NCBI RefSeq assembly: GCF_009914755.1 | Contig: NC_060947.1 | DNA length: 64,000 nucleotides | Origin: the human T2T-CHM13v2.0 reference genome, Homo sapiens | Strand: one strand, 5' to 3' | Notes under the pieces: generated by a model | Databases searched by the model: none | The model's input: the letters and a program-made list of their open reading frames with translations, nothing else | Told to the model about the DNA's origin: nothing | Translations under genes and position numbers: made by a program | Shown: in pieces, positions 32,774 to 48,605 of the stretch | How the letters are laid out: each line of letters starts with the position of its first letter | How positions within the stretch are numbered: position 1 is the first letter of the stretch

Positions 32774-33380
32774 CTTTATACCCACCAAAATGACAGTACA
32801 TAATGTTGAAGAGGATGCGGAGCAACTGGGACTCTCATATATTGCTGGTGGGGAAGTAAAATGTTACAACCATTTTGGAAATCTGTTTGGTATTTTCTTA
32901 TAAGGTTAAATATACACTGGCCTTATAACACAGATATCATATTCCTAGATATTTACCTAAAAGAAATGAAAACATGTGCCCACAAAAAGATTTGTGTATG
33001 AATTTCTATAGTGGGTGTATGCATTATAGTTAAAAACACACCCTAAATGCCCATCAACAGTAAAATGGATTAACAAATTGTGGTATATTTATACAATGTA
33101 ATACTAGAGAACAATAAAAATAAATGAACTACTGATACATCAAATTAGGTGGAAAAATTTCAAAAATATTTTAATGAATAAAATCCGATACAAAAAAAGT
33201 ACAAACAGCATGATTCCATTTATATCACCCTCAAAAAGGGTGAAATGATTCTATGGTGAGAAAAATCAGAACAATGGTTATGGTTGCCTTTGGGGAAAGA
33301 CATGACATTCTTTGCTGGGAAAGGACACTGAAGGAACTTTCTGAAGTAAAAAATATTCTGGTTTCTTTTGGGGGCAGGAG

Positions 33381-33695
33381 TTGTTTTGTTGTTTTTTTGT
33401 TTTTTTATAAAACAGGGTCTGGCTCTGTCTCCTAGGCTGGAGTGTAGTGGCGTGATCTTGGCTCACTGCAGCTTCTGCCACCTGGACTCAAGCAATCCTC
33501 CAACCTCAGCCTCCTGAGTAGTTGGGACTACAGGCACATGCCAACACGCACTACTAATTTTTTTTTTAATTTTTTGTAGATACAGGGTTTTGTCATGTTG
33601 CCCAGGCTAGTCTCAAACTCCCGGGCTCAAGCAATTCACCAGCTACCAGTCTCGACCTCCCAAAGTGCTGGGATTACAGGCATGAACCACCTGGC
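33381..33695 (-). mobile_element. AluJ
   Basis: Antisense Alu with 'ctcactgcagc', 'gggctcaagcaat'. Confidence 0.88.
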
Positions 33696-33768
33696 AATGT
33701 TCTGTATCTTAACTGGGGTGGTGGTGACATGGATGTATACATTTGTTGAATCTCATCAAACCGCGTGC

Positions 33769-33769
<1 letters not shown>

Positions 33770-33832
<63 letters not shown>

Positions 33833-33892
33833 AATATACATATATTTACACAAATGTATATATTTACACAAATATATATATTTACACAAATT
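33770..33892. repeat. (TA)~25 microsatellite plus AT-rich short repeats
   Basis: Pure TA run 33773-33822, then 'acacaaat(g)tatatattt' units. Confidence 0.9.
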
Positions 33893-34379
33893 ACATTTCA
33901 TTAAAAATTATTTTTAATGGTATTGCCTAGCTTGATCACCCACCTTATTTGGTACATGTGGTAGCAGACAATGACTATTAGTTGCTTTAAAAAAAAATCT
34001 GTCCATTTCTAAATCAATCAATCAATCACACAGCACAGAGCTTCTTGTTCTGTGACCCTTAGAAGTTTTATCCAGAGCTCAGAGGCAGGCTAGAGACATG
34101 CCTATGGATGGGCCCCAGCTGCTGCTCCTGCAGCCATCTGCTCCTCAGCTGGCCCAGGCCTACCTTGGCCTGCCTGCCTGTCTAACTACTCAAAGCTTCT
34201 TCCCTGGTTCCTGCTGAGCTTCTTCTCCTAGAAGCAGCCCCTGCTCCTTCTCCTTGTTTCACAGAATCAGAGGGAAAATGCTGGTATGGTCGTGGTGGTG
34301 GGATGGGTTCACCTCTCTTTCACTTGGCTCAGAAAGAAAATGGAACTGGGCCTGATCTTTTTCACTAGGAGACCAGGAG

Positions 34380-34860
34380 GCTCACTGTTATCATTGCCAT
34401 TTTCTTGGCTTTCTCTTAGATTCTGGAACATGCCAGACTTTTTATTTTTATTTTATTTTATTTTATTTTATTTTATTTTATTTTATTTTTACCTTGGAGC
34501 TTGTGTACTTGCTGTCTCCCTTGTTCAGAAAATTTCTATCCCCAGACCTCAGGTCTTCACATGGCTGGCTCCCTCTTTTCCTTCAGGTTTTCTTCAGGAA
34601 GGCTTTGTCTTTACAGCTTCCCCCATGATTCTGTTTCATGATACTACTTAATTCTTTTATGATGACCACCATTTGTAATTTTATTTTTATTTTAGTGGTT
34701 ATTTGTTTAAAAATCTTTCTCTCCCACTAAACTATAAAGTTTCTTGAAGGTAGGGATTCTAATTTTTTGTTGTTTGGTTGGTTGATTGGTTGATTAGTTG
34801 GTTTTTTCTCTCCTGTGCCTCCCATGCCTAACATAGTACCTCACAAATATCTGTTGAATG
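34380..34860 (+). mobile_element. L2 3' end containing (TTTTA)n at ~34439-34490
   Basis: 'ttctggaacatgccag', 'cccactaaactataaag', 'gcctaacatagtacc..ctgttgaatgaa'. Confidence 0.6.
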
Positions 34861-37084
34861 AAGGAACTGCTATTCTGAAAGTAAGGTACATCTGTGTTCT
34901 GGACCACATTTTTTTCCCTCCTTTTTTGGGTCCTTATCTCTCTAATTACGTTTTTAATCCATGGTATTTTTGCTCTCTCCTCGGCCACAGTTTTCTTCCC
35001 TTTTACCCTCAAAAACAATCTTGACCATCTTATCTTAAAAAGCAGATGACCTTTTGTGTGAGTCGATTTTTTCTTTTCACCTAACTTTGCCCCTTCACTG
35101 CTAAACTCCACACATGCTGTATTTACTGGCTGCTTCCTCTTCCTATCCATCCACCTTAACCTTCAAGCCTGTCTACTACCTATTCTACTCTATGGGCCAC
35201 TGTTCAGAAGCTTCAAGCCTTACCCAGTTTATGCCCTATTCTTGTTCTTACCTTCCACCACATCTCTATCATTTGAAGAGGATTATTGCCCACTCCTTGA
35301 AATTCTCTTTTTTGACTTCTGTCTCTGCTTCTAGTTTTTTTCTCCCTCTCTAGTAATTCCTTTTTGGTCTCTTACATGGATTTAAGCTTTCTCTTCCTAC
35401 ACATAAATGTCCCCTGGAGGACCTCTTTAGGCTTTTTTTCTCTTTTCTTTTATCCTATGCTTATTTCTTTTCTCTCTCTATTCAAATTATACTCAACCTT
35501 CAAGGTTCTGCTCAAAGTTTTCTTCCTCCATGAAGCACCCCCTAAGTAGATAGTCAGTCCTCTCTGTTATCTCTCCATTTGCTGAACACTTCTGACATTT
35601 AGCATGGTCAGTACTTCTAATCTAGCACCTGCTACAACAGACATGTTTTCTGAATTAGAAATCAAGACTCCTTATCTGACAAAGACTATTCTTTTATGTA
35701 TGAATTTAATGATATAGAAAGCTTGACAATGATATAAAATTAAATTTTATTCAGTTAGAGATTTAGTAAATTGCAATTGCTCAAAATAATAAAATTACAT
35801 AAAAGCAGGAAAGTTCTGGATATACAAGTTGTCACTTCAATCAGAGTTATTATCTATGAGTGTTCTTTTTATTTAACATATTATGTCTATGTCCCTGACT
35901 ATAAGGTAATTTCTTGACTGTGGAACATAGAAGACTAAGAGGAAGTGTTCCATAAACTTTGATTGAATTGAGACACTTTTACTGCTTGTTTCATAAACTG
36001 GCTATACAAAATAGTGACATATAGGTTATTGAAAAGATTTCTAGACCAAAAATAGTTTCAAAGTATGAGATTCCTGTAGTCTAGAGCAACATACCATTCA
36101 CAATTCTGTAAGAAGTGTAAAATGGTTAAGATCATGGGCTTGGTCTAAGACTTGGGTTTAAAGCTCAGCTGTGCCATTTATTACCTGTGTGACATTGCAT
36201 TATTTAAACTCTCTGTAGGTTCATTTCCTCACCTATAAAATGGGATAATACTTTTATGTAAGCACTCAATAAATGTTACCTATTATGATTAAGCTGCATG
36301 TTGTACTTGAAAATTTGCCTTTGCAATTGTGTACTTTCTGGTTAGCATCTTCAAATCCTGGAACAAAAAGTGCATCTTTTTGAAGAGTGACAGTCATGTT
36401 ACCTTATTTCATGTAATTAAAATTGTTAAATTTGTAAAGTCTTTCTAAAGCAATTCACCAAACTCTGGAAACCAACTGAGGGCAAACTTTTTTTTCACCC
36501 TATGGCTTCTAAATATTTGAGTTTTATTTTCCTTTACAAGAAACATCTCATGGCTGCTGAAGTCAAAGACTTAAAAAGTGACTTGGATATAAATGTTTGT
36601 TACAGCTGGGATACCCCTACAACTATAGTATTTCAAATCAAATGTCTGTGGGTGAAAGAGGTGACAGTGATTACCAGACTGTCTTATAATAAAGTGGTCA
36701 TTGTATTTGTATTAGTGACTTGATATTCCTTGGTAATGTCACAACCTTTATTGCTGATTCAGTCAACTATAGTCAAACAGGTGAAAGTTAGAAGATTTTT
36801 CTCTCTCTCTGTCTCTTTCTCCCCCCACCCCTGCCATTGAAATCAACCACCCAGTCTTCAGATTTTCACCTATCGATGTATTATATCATCATTTTCATGT
36901 GAGAATATCTATTTTCTTTCCAAAAGCAATACATTACAGACCTTCAGTAGCAGTTAATATCAATCAAATATTGGTTTCCACTATTTCTATGGTAAGGGCT
37001 TAAACTAGAAAGGTATGTGGCATTACAAGAGTTAGCTTCTGAAGGACTATACTGGGCAACTGAAACAATGATATATCGCTTTTT

Positions 37085-38799
<1,715 letters not shown>

Positions 38800-38984
38800 T
38801 TTCAAAATTGATATGGTTGGAGTTGGTTGGGGAGATTGGAAATGTTGGTGAAAGTTATCCTGAGTTTCCCTATATATTCTCTGCAATGCACAGAGAACTC
38901 TGGTGGAAACAAAGCCACTACAAAGCATTGGACCCACATGCTGCCACCTTTAAAATCCACTAAATAATGAAAATAATATTCTTA

Positions 38985-39353
38985 TGTCATAGTTCATTTT
39001 CTGTTGCTAAGACAGAATATCATGGACTTGGTAATTTATAAAAATAGAGGTTTATTAACTCATGGTTCTGGAGATGGGAAGTCCAAGAGCATGGTACCAA
39101 TATCCACTGATGGCCTTCTTGCTGTGTCATAACATGGCAGAGGGGATTACATGGTAAGAATGCAAGAGCACAAGAGCCAGAGAAAACTTGCTTTTATAAC
39201 AAAGCCACTCTCATAGTTAGAAACCCACTCCTGTGGGAGAACACTAATCCATTCATGAAGGCAGAGCTCTCATTAATCCATTAATCTATTCATGAGGGCA
39301 GAGGGATTGTGTTTCCAACACATACATTTTGGGGGACACATTCATACCGTAGC
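38985..39353. mobile_element. MaLR solo LTR (MSTC/MSTD-like)
   Basis: 'ggtaatttataaaaatagaggtttatt..catggttctggag..gggaagtccaag', 'catgagggcagag', 'ggggacacattcataccgtagca'. Confidence 0.75.
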
Positions 39354-41562
39354 ACCTTATTTCAAAGGAGACATCAATGTTATCAGTAAATTCATTTGTG
39401 ACACAAACTAGAGGACAGTCTTTGTCATATTTTCAAACCCCAAACTACAAATGAGCAGCCTGTAGACTATCCAGAAGAAGTTCATGGGCCACATTGATGG
39501 AGACTCCTCAGTGTTATAGTGTCATTGCTCTCTGCTCTGACCCTGTACCTTTAAGCCAGTCCTCCCCATCCATGCCATGCCCAGACGACAGCAGATAAAT
39601 GCAAGCACTTCAAATATATTTTATTTTCTACCATCACCTGATTCTCCTCACTTTATCCCCCACTTATATCTGTTCTGTTGACGTTTTTTGTAGCTCCTAG
39701 TTCATGATTGTCTCTCATCTTGGTTCTTCCACTGTCACATCAGACTTGATATTTTCTCTGGGTTTTCCAAGATTTAAATATCTATGCTCTCTAATGACCA
39801 AGGTCTGCAGTCATCTTCTATTCTAGGCCTTCATGACTAGATTGTTCTTTGTTTTCGAGAATTTAAAATACAGCACTAGGATTCAAACCTTGTCAGTAGT
39901 CCACCTGTTTTAGGTCCTGTGATATATCTAGGTCCTGTTAATATATCATAAATCTTCTGGTACTCCACAAAATATTTTCATTTGGTGGTGTCTGCTATAG
40001 GTAAGAATCTGAATAATTAAATCCTGATCAAGTGGATTAAAGAGGAATTGGAACAATAATAAGAAGGGATAGAAAGTACTGGAACCTGATATTCTCCTAA
40101 GAATGACAGAAAATAGAGATTTTCACCTCTCTTGCCCTTTAAGCATCAGCCTTCATAGCAACATGCACCAATAATGGGATGCTAAAGATGAAAGCCATTG
40201 TCATGAAATGCCTGTAGTTGGCTAATGGCCACTGCTTGAGAGGGTCTGAATGGCTCAAGCTTCTGATTAACATGATAGGAAAACGTATCCTACTCATTAT
40301 AGATTTCATCAAATAGTTATCCAGTTAGGAAGCTCAGAATGTCAGTCACGTATCACTGTTTTTCTCTGAATAGCCTTAATTATAACATCCAGTTTCACTC
40401 CTCACAAAGCAGATCACAAGAGCAAAGGCTGTCTTACACCAGGCTCAAGCCTGTCCAAATTGTCATGTTGGAAATTCCCTCTTTGGAGACTTTGGCAAAT
40501 GGAAGGTTTCCAACCAGTTAGAAAGGAAAGAAGGAACTCCTGCACCATGAGATATCACAACCTTAGACAATGATGATAACTGTAGTCTGTAAAATGTGGT
40601 CACATGTGAGTTGTCCAGACCCAGAGTCAACATTTCTGTGCTGAGTGAAACCAGACTTTCTGTTGAAGGGCAGCCCCTGAGAAGGATTCCAGCTGCAGTT
40701 TTCCTTGTAGAGGTCTCCACCCTCTAGCATGAAGGCTATCAGGTGTTGGCTCTACAGTTGGACAATCACTTGTCTCAAAATTCTTCAACTTGGCAAGAGA
40801 TATTAGTGACCTTCTGCTGACCCTACGCCTACCCTTCAAACTTTAGCTTAGTGCTTCTGACTTGGCATAATGACTAGGAATGTTGAGAAAGAGACATTGA
40901 ATCTACATGAAGGTAGTGTCCACAGAGAATAAACTCATTGTCACAAGGGAGCTTGGCCCAAGGAAAATCATTTGGTCTCTCAGGAGTGAGAACTAGAATA
41001 TACCTGAATTTCTCCTCCTTACCAGATGTTGCAGGCGTCAGTTCATACTCACTAAGTTTATCTTCTACTTACAACTTAGGATAAATGCCAGTTTAATGCA
41101 CATACATTTTCAACAGTATTATAAGTTTGTCTTGCTCTTCAATGGGACCCACAGAAACCTAAGTTCACCAAAACCATTTGAGGTGCTGAGTGGTATCCTG
41201 ATAAACACTTAATTGCTCTGACTCTGAAGTGTAGAAAATAGTCACTAATTTGGAAAAAGAAGTGTGAAGAAGAAAGAAGGTTGTCCTACCCAAATGTATA
41301 AAAGGTTTGAGTTATAAAGAAATTTAATGACACTGGAGAACATGTGAGCTTGGATAAAAGGTGAGAGAAACAGTGATATTGTTTACATGGGGATATTGTT
41401 TAGGTGATTAATAGTGTGGGCTCTGGCACCTGAAATCCTGGGTTGAAATCCTGGCTCTACCACTGACTAGCTGTGTGATCTTGGACTAGTAACTTGCAGT
41501 CTAATCATAAAAATTCAGGGATATAACTCTCCATACTTTACACTCAATTTTGCTGTGAACCT

Positions 41563-41602
41563 ATGTAGTGGTAGGGTTCTCCAGAGACTCAGAACCAGTG
41601 GG

Positions 41603-41654
<52 letters not shown>

Positions 41655-42057
41655 CATAGATACAAAGATAGATAGATACACAGATACATAGATAGACAGA
41701 TAATAAGGAATTGGCTTATGGGATTATGGAGGTCAAGAAGTCCCAATATCTGCAGTCCAAAGCCTTGGGACTCAGAAGAGCCGATGGTGTAAATTCCTGT
41801 TCGAGTCCCAGCTTGAAGACTATCAGGCAGAGAGAGCAGATTCTCTCTTGCTCAGTCTTTTTGTTCTATTCAGGCCTTCAACAGTTTAGATGAAGCCCAC
41901 CTACATGGGGGAGGGCAATCTGCTTTATTCAGTCTACCAATGTAAATGTTAATCTCTTCCAGAAACACCCTCACAGACACACCCAGAATATTGTTTAACC
42001 AAATATCAGGACAAACTTTGGCCCAGTCAAGATGACACATAAGATTAATCATCACAA
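41563..42057. mobile_element. MLT2 (ERVL) solo LTR inserted in a MIR
   Basis: 'gggttctccagaga..cagaacca' ... 'gcccagtcaagatgacacataagattaatcatcaca'. Confidence 0.8.
41604..41702. repeat. (GATA)n tetranucleotide STR
   Basis: 11 pure GATA units, then interrupted GATA/CATA/GACA units. Confidence 0.92.
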
Positions 42058-42149
42058 CGTAAAACTGCTTGAAAAAATTAAGTTTGTCTTTTTAAAAAGC
42101 AGGGATAACTGTAGTACTTGCCCCAAAGGATTGTTGTAGAGAGCACTCA

Positions 42150-43230
42150 TGCCAGTTGTTAGGTTGCTGCCTCTCAGTCCAAAACCCATCTGTCTATACT
42201 CAGTTTTGTGATGCTGAGACAGATACTATACAAACCATATTTCTTTTCTGCCAGTCGGCTCCTTGTTAGGAAGTGCCAAAGGGTACATTAGAGGGAGACT
42301 CTTGAGGCTGGAGGAGGAAGAAGGGACTTTCTCCTTGCTATGTGCTTCCCGTTGGTTTCATTTTCCTATAAATATCTTCCTTAACAACACTTCTTCACTC
42401 CAATAGTTGCAGTTTCTTCCAAAAGCAGCACATTCTGAATTGAGATTTTCATTTTTCTAGAACTTACAAACTCACCTTATCATGCCCCTTTCATAGAAAC
42501 AGCACCAGCCAACTGATATGGTTTGGCTTTGTGTCCACACCCAAATCTCATCTTGAATTGTAACCCAATAATCCCCATGTGTTGAGGGAGGAACCCAGTG
42601 AGAGGTGATTGGATCATAAGAATGGATTCCCCCATGCTGTTCTCATGATAGTGAGTTAGTTCTCATGAGATCTGATGGCTTTATTAGGGGCTCTTCCTCC
42701 TTCGTTCCTTCTCTCTCCTGCTGCCTTGTGAAGAATGTGCCTGCTTCCCCTTCCACCATGACTGTAAGTTTCCTGAGGTCTCCCCAGCCGTGTAGAACTA
42801 TGAGTCAATTAAACCTCATTCCTTTATATAACACCCTGTCTTGGTTAGTATCTTTATAGCAGTGTGAAAATGGACTAATATACCAACTCTGCCCCTCCCT
42901 AAAGGTCTGAGGTTCATGGAGCCACTCCTCCAAACTTAGAGTCAGCAGTACCAGCTGAGCAGTGCCCTCTTCAGAGGTCTGAGCTTCAGCTCTGATGAAA
43001 GTCTCTTTCAAGGTTTTAAGCTTTAACACTTCTGACCTCTTCCCTTTGTTTTCCCAGGGATGGTAGCTACATCCTGCAGTTGTTAATTCTGTGATGCTTT
43101 AAAGTTCTCTTTTTACCTTTTCAGTTGTTGCTGTAACGACTTTATGCCTAGGTAACAATTCTTTGTACTAAATTTTCTGTTCAAATAACTGGTGTGGTTT
43201 ATGTCTCTGACTGGACCTTGTCTGATATAT
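42150..43230. mobile_element. ERVL LTR (LTR41/LTR33-like) split by an MSTA LTR
   Basis: 'gttaggttgctgcctctcag..ttttgtgatgctg..tagagggagact..ggctggaggaggaagaaggga' and terminal 'ctggtgtggttt..gactggacc'. Confidence 0.55.
42514..42882 (+). mobile_element. MSTA-like MaLR solo LTR
   Basis: 'tgatatggtttggctttgtgtccacacccaaatctcatcttgaattgtaa' ... 'gcagtgtgaaaatggactaata'; 5-bp TSD CCAAC. Confidence 0.85.
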
Positions 43231-46200
43231 TATATAGCTAATATTTATTGAGTACCTGCTATGTGCTAGACCTTATTATAAGCATTTTGTGTATTTTGCC
43301 TAACTTAATCTCAATCTTAATCACTATGCTAAGGTACATGAAGTGAATATCATGATGGCTGGCCCACAGTAAATGCACCTTTAGGGTAAGACACTATTTT
43401 AGTTTGGCTCCTCCAAAAACAGAATTGAAACAAAGATTACTAGATTGTAGGTTATTTGGGGGCTAGCCTAAGTGGTAAAGTGGGAAAAGTGAGGCAGGAA
43501 GAGATAAAAACCAATAGCATGTACATTAATGAGCAGGTTACTGCTATGGACAAATGGGGCTCAATCCTACTGAGAAACCTTCTTTGAGAAGACTGGTAGA
43601 ACATACTTCAGAACTATCCCACTGGAACACAGGGAGGCTAGGTCGTTTATCTACTCTCTACCACCACTGGGAACATTAACCCTTACATTTTTAGGTTAGC
43701 CAAGTAGATATTAGGTAGGGCATTAATAGCATCTGTTAAAGGTATTATCCTTGTGGGTGTGGACTACAGACTGGCCAGATGGAAGCCATGAAAAATGTTT
43801 TCCTAATACAGGTCACAAAACTGACACCGAGGTGAGGGAGAACCTATAAATAGCGCCTGGAACATAATAGGCATTCAGTAAATATTTGTTCAAGTGAACC
43901 ATAGAAGACAGGAATCATCTAGGAATACTATTGGCTAACAACAAAACACCAGATAAATATTCTCTTGAGTAAAATGTAATCTTCCTTGGGAAGAAGGACT
44001 TAATTCTAACCAAGGAAACATTAAATGGCAATTAGAATATGCAGGAACTTTGAAGGAATGCCACCATGTTACCCTGGAACTCAATATAGGAAAGAGTGAG
44101 TCATGCTGCCAGGGTTACTTGCCTGTTACTGTTACTTGCCAAGTACTGTCCCTGCTCAAGGTAATACAACTAGTAAGTGATGAGTACAGAGATTTTTAAA
44201 GCCCGAGGTTTTTGAAACTTACTAAAATCAACAACAACAACAACAAAAACATTATTTGAGAAGGTGAGAGGTTGGTTTTCTAAACAGGAATATGAGATTT
44301 TTTTAAATGGGAGAGACTTAAAATATTTATATGCTGTGCATGGAAAGGTTGAAGATACAAGAATGAAAAAATAATAATATCATGGAACAGAGAAGAGATG
44401 CTGGGTACAAGGGAAGAAATAAGCCTTCAGGAGCAATAGGATACACTTCTTTCATGAGACAAGAAGGAATGGTGTAGTTGAACAGAAATACAATGTATGG
44501 TGTATTTATTTCTCAGGAAGAAAGAGGATAGGCAGTTGAGGAAATTCTACCTGATTGCTCCAAATGTCTTTGTAAGGTAAAAAGTGAGTTAATATGAGAA
44601 TGACAGTAGAGGTAATGAGGTAGTAATCTCAAAGAAAGTGATGACAGGTTGAATTATCTTTTGTGTGAACTGGGAACGATCTTAGGGATGCATAGAAGGA
44701 TTGTTTGACACTATTTAGGACATGCTTGAAATTGAAGAATGTGAATTTACAGCAGTTCCAACCTGCAAGTGGTTGTATGGTTTTCTGCAGGAATATAGTT
44801 GAAGAAGGCAAAGAGTTTTGCCAAGCAGATTCAATGAATGAGAGGACATGAAAGTTGAAGTTTTCAGTAAGAGGGTGGTCAAAGGTTAAAATACTAAGGG
44901 AGAAAAGATAGGACAGACAGTAAGTAATTGGAGAAGCAAAAGGGACTGATGGTTTTAATGAAGCTAAAAACTGCTGACAATAATGGAATGAGAGAATTGG
45001 AAGGAAAATCATGTTCAGAGAATAGTTTGTGGAGTTCAGAATTCACGAGATAGAGTAATTCTCCAAGATGATAAGATTCAGGTTGTGGCCATGAGTGCAT
45101 AGCTCAGGTGGAGGGGAGGAAAGGCCACTGTAGATGAAGTCAGAAGAATGAGAAGCCGAGGTACTGGGTGGATTGTCACCATGGGCATTGAAGTCCCCTA
45201 TCATAAGGGCAAAGTGTGAGGTGGAGAGGAAGCCATAGAGTCAGGGATCACAGTCTCCAATGAATCTTGGGAAGTGAGCAAGAGATTGATTGATGAGAGT
45301 GGCAGGGTAGAGACATGTTTTGGAAACAGCAATTAACAGTTAAAAAAAATTTCTCCCTCTAGGCCCTCTGCTAAAAAGGCTGGGAAAGTAATCCCATTGG
45401 AGAGGCCTCAGAGGAAGCAGCATCCTCAGAGCTTTCATTGTGAGTCCCCAGGCCTATAAAGCAAAATCCCAACCACATTTAGCATGAACCAACCACATTG
45501 CCTTTTACAATCTGGTCCTAAACCCACTTTTTCAGGCCACTTCTTCCACCCACACCATGGATACCTCAGGACATGTTTTAACTGACAAAATTAGAATTTA
45601 ACATTTAAGTTAGAATTTAACATTTAAATAGTATCTAATCCAACTCTTTTGAGATAGGAGGGTTTTTTGGTTTGGTTTTTTGGTTTTTAACTGCTGCATG
45701 TCTATGTGGGATGATACTTAAGTGAATTTAACAATATTCAATGGGATATTATTGTTTTTGAAAGGTGATAACAAAAGCAAATACCTCTGTATTTAAAAAT
45801 ATAACCCTTAAGGTAACTCAAAAGTTGGACATGCTTACAAATGAGCCCTTCTCACCGCCCCTGAATCCCTGTTGAAGCTGCAATTACTTGGCTTCAATGT
45901 ATCAGTCAATCAATCATAAGCAATAACTGAGCATCTATTAAAAGCAAAGAATTGTGTTTAGGTGCTGTGGGAGTTACAGAAACATAGTAAGATACAACCC
46001 ATGCTTTCATAGAGCATTCAGTGTCCTTGGAAAGAGAAGATAAACATTTGAAACAACTCATAGGACAAAATGTAATTCAGTGTCAAGGCTTGAGCTGCAG
46101 GAATTAAGAGGAAAGAAAAATCATTTGATTAGGGCATTCAAGAAAAGCTTCAAGGATAAGGCAGAACTTGACATAAGCCTATAGATTCTATACTACATAT

Positions 46201-46694
46201 AATAATAATAATAATAATAATAATATAATAATCACCACAACAATAGTAGTAACAATAGCTATCTCTTATTGAGTGTTTTTAATATTCCAGGTACTATGCT
46301 GAGTAATCATTTAAATTCCTTTTTCTCAAGCATTTCTCACAATGCTCTAAGGTGGCTACTACTCTTATCTCCATATTAGAGCTGAGGAACCTGAAGATCA
46401 AGGAGTTTTAGTGACATGCTCAAGGTAACAAAACTAGTAAGTGGTGTACCCAGGCCTTTGTTGGGCCCTGGAACCTGTGCTTCTCACACTGCACAGTGTC
46501 CTGCTTTTCGAGAGCTTCCCAGTCATACCTGATTAAGCAACTGAGAGAAAGAACAACAATAATAGTCATCATTTATTGAATGCCTAGATTATCTCTAATC
46601 CTCCATTAAGGTAGGTATATTAGTTTGCTAGGGCTGCCACAAGAAAGTATCACAAACTAGATGACTTAAACAACATGAATGAATCGTCTCAACT

Positions 46695-47810
46695 CACAAA
46701 ATGGGAGAAAATATTTGCAAACTATACCACTGACAAGGAATTAATAACCAGGATATATAAAGAGCTCAAACAACTCAATAGGAAAAAAATCCAATAATCT
46801 GATTTTAAAATGGGCAAAAGCTCTCAATAGACATTTTTTGAAAGAAGACATGTAAATGGTAAACAGACATATGAAAAAGTGTTCAACATCACTGATCATT
46901 AGGGAAATGCAAATCAAAACTACAATGACATATCTTCTCACCCCGGTTAAAATAGCTTACATCCAAAAGATAGGCCATAACAAATGTTGGAGAGGATGTG
47001 GAGAAATGGGAACCCTTGTACACTGTTGGTGGGAATGTAAATTAGTACAGCCACTATGGAGAACAGTATGGAGGTTCCTGAAAAAAACTAAAAATAGAGC
47101 TACCATACCATCCAGCAATCCCAGTGCTGAGTGTATACTCAAAAGGAAGGAAATCAGTATACTGAAGACGTAATTACACTCCCATGTTTATTGCAGCACT
47201 ATTCACAATGGGTAAGATATGGAAGCGACCTAAGTGTCCATCAACAGATGAATGGATAAAGAAAATGTGATACATAAACACAATGGAGTACTATTCAGCT
47301 TTGTGAAATCCTGTCACTTGCAACAACGTGGATGGAACAGGAGATCACTATGTTAAGTGAAATCAGCCAGACATATTAAGACAGATATCTCATGTTCTTA
47401 CTTATTTGTGGGATCTAAAAATCAAAACACTTGAGCCCGTGGAGATAGACAGTAGAAGGATGTTTACCAGGGGCTGGGGAGGGTAATGGGGAGTAGAGAT
47501 GAAGTGGGAATGGTTAATGGGTACCAGAATATAGTTAGGTAGAATGAATAACTAGTATTTGATAGTGTAACAGGGTGATGACAGTCAACAATGTTTTATT
47601 GTAAATTTTTAAATAACTACAAGGGTATAATTGAAATGTTTGAAACATAAAGAAATGATAAATTCTTGAGATAGGTAATGCATACCCCATTTACCCTGAT
47701 ACAATTATTGTACATTGCATGCTTGTATCAAAATGTCTCATGTACCCCATAAATATATACATCTACTATGTACCCATAAAATTGAAAATTAAAACATTTT
47801 TTAAAACTAT
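46695..47810 (+). mobile_element. 5'-truncated L1MA (L1MA3/4-like) 3' end
   Basis: ORF2 C-terminus ([36 protein letters not shown]) and L1MA 3'UTR. Confidence 0.88.
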
Positions 47811-48063
47811 AAAAGAAATTTATTATGTCACGGTTCTGGTGGCTAGAAGTGCAAGATCAAGGTGTTGGCAAGATTGATTCCTACAGAGGGCTATGAGGGA
47901 GACTCTGTTCCACTTTTCTCTTCTAGCTTCTTGTGGTTTGCTGCAATCTTTATCATTCCTGGCTTATAGATGCATCACACTCATCTCTATCTTCGTCTCC
48001 AAATGGTGTGCTCTGTGTGTGTATGTCTGTCCTTCAATTTTCCCTTTTCATAAGGACACCAGT

Positions 48064-48605
48064 TGTATTAATCAGAGTTCTACAGAGAAACAGAACCAAT
48101 ATGACATATATAGATGTGTAGATATTTGAGAGAAGATTTATTAGGGAAATTGGCTCATGTGATTATGGAGGCTGAGAAGCCCCATGATATGCCATCTGTA
48201 AGCTGAAGAACCATGAAAGCTGGTAGCTTGGCTCAGTCCAATTCTAAAGGCTGACAACCTGAGGGGTGGCTGGTGCAAGTCCTGGAGTCTGAAGCCCAGA
48301 GAACCTCGAGTTCTGATGTCCAAAGGAAGGAGAAAATGGGTGTCCCAACTCCAGAAGAAAGAGAGATCACATTTTCCTTTCTTCTACCTTTTGTTCTATC
48401 CAGACCCTTAGCTGGTTAGATGGTGCCTGCCCACATTTGGCGAGGCCAGACCTTCCTTAATCAGTCCACTGATTCAAATACTAACCTGTTTTTGAAACAC
48501 TGTCACAAACATGAATGAAAAAACACATACTCAGGAATAATGCTTTACCAGCTATCTGTGTATCCTTTAATCCAATCAAGTTGACGCCCAAAACTAATCA
48601 TCACA
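48064..48605. mobile_element. MLT2 (ERVL) solo LTR
   Basis: 'tgtattaatcagagttctacagagaaacagaacc' ... 'caagttgacgcccaaaactaatcatcaca'; TSD CCAGT. Confidence 0.85.

Larger units (their letters stand above)
32782..33910 (+). mobile_element. Old L1M (L1ME/MD-like) 3' end containing an AluJ and a (TA)n
   Basis: 'ctctcatatattgctggtggg', 'cctaaaagaaatgaaaacatgtgcccacaaaaaga', 'atgattccatttatat'. Confidence 0.75.

Noticed and set aside
40300-41000. Unique-looking segment with short overlapping ORFs, possible ancient pseudogene
   Set aside because: No protein family recognised; cannot be supported without a translated search.
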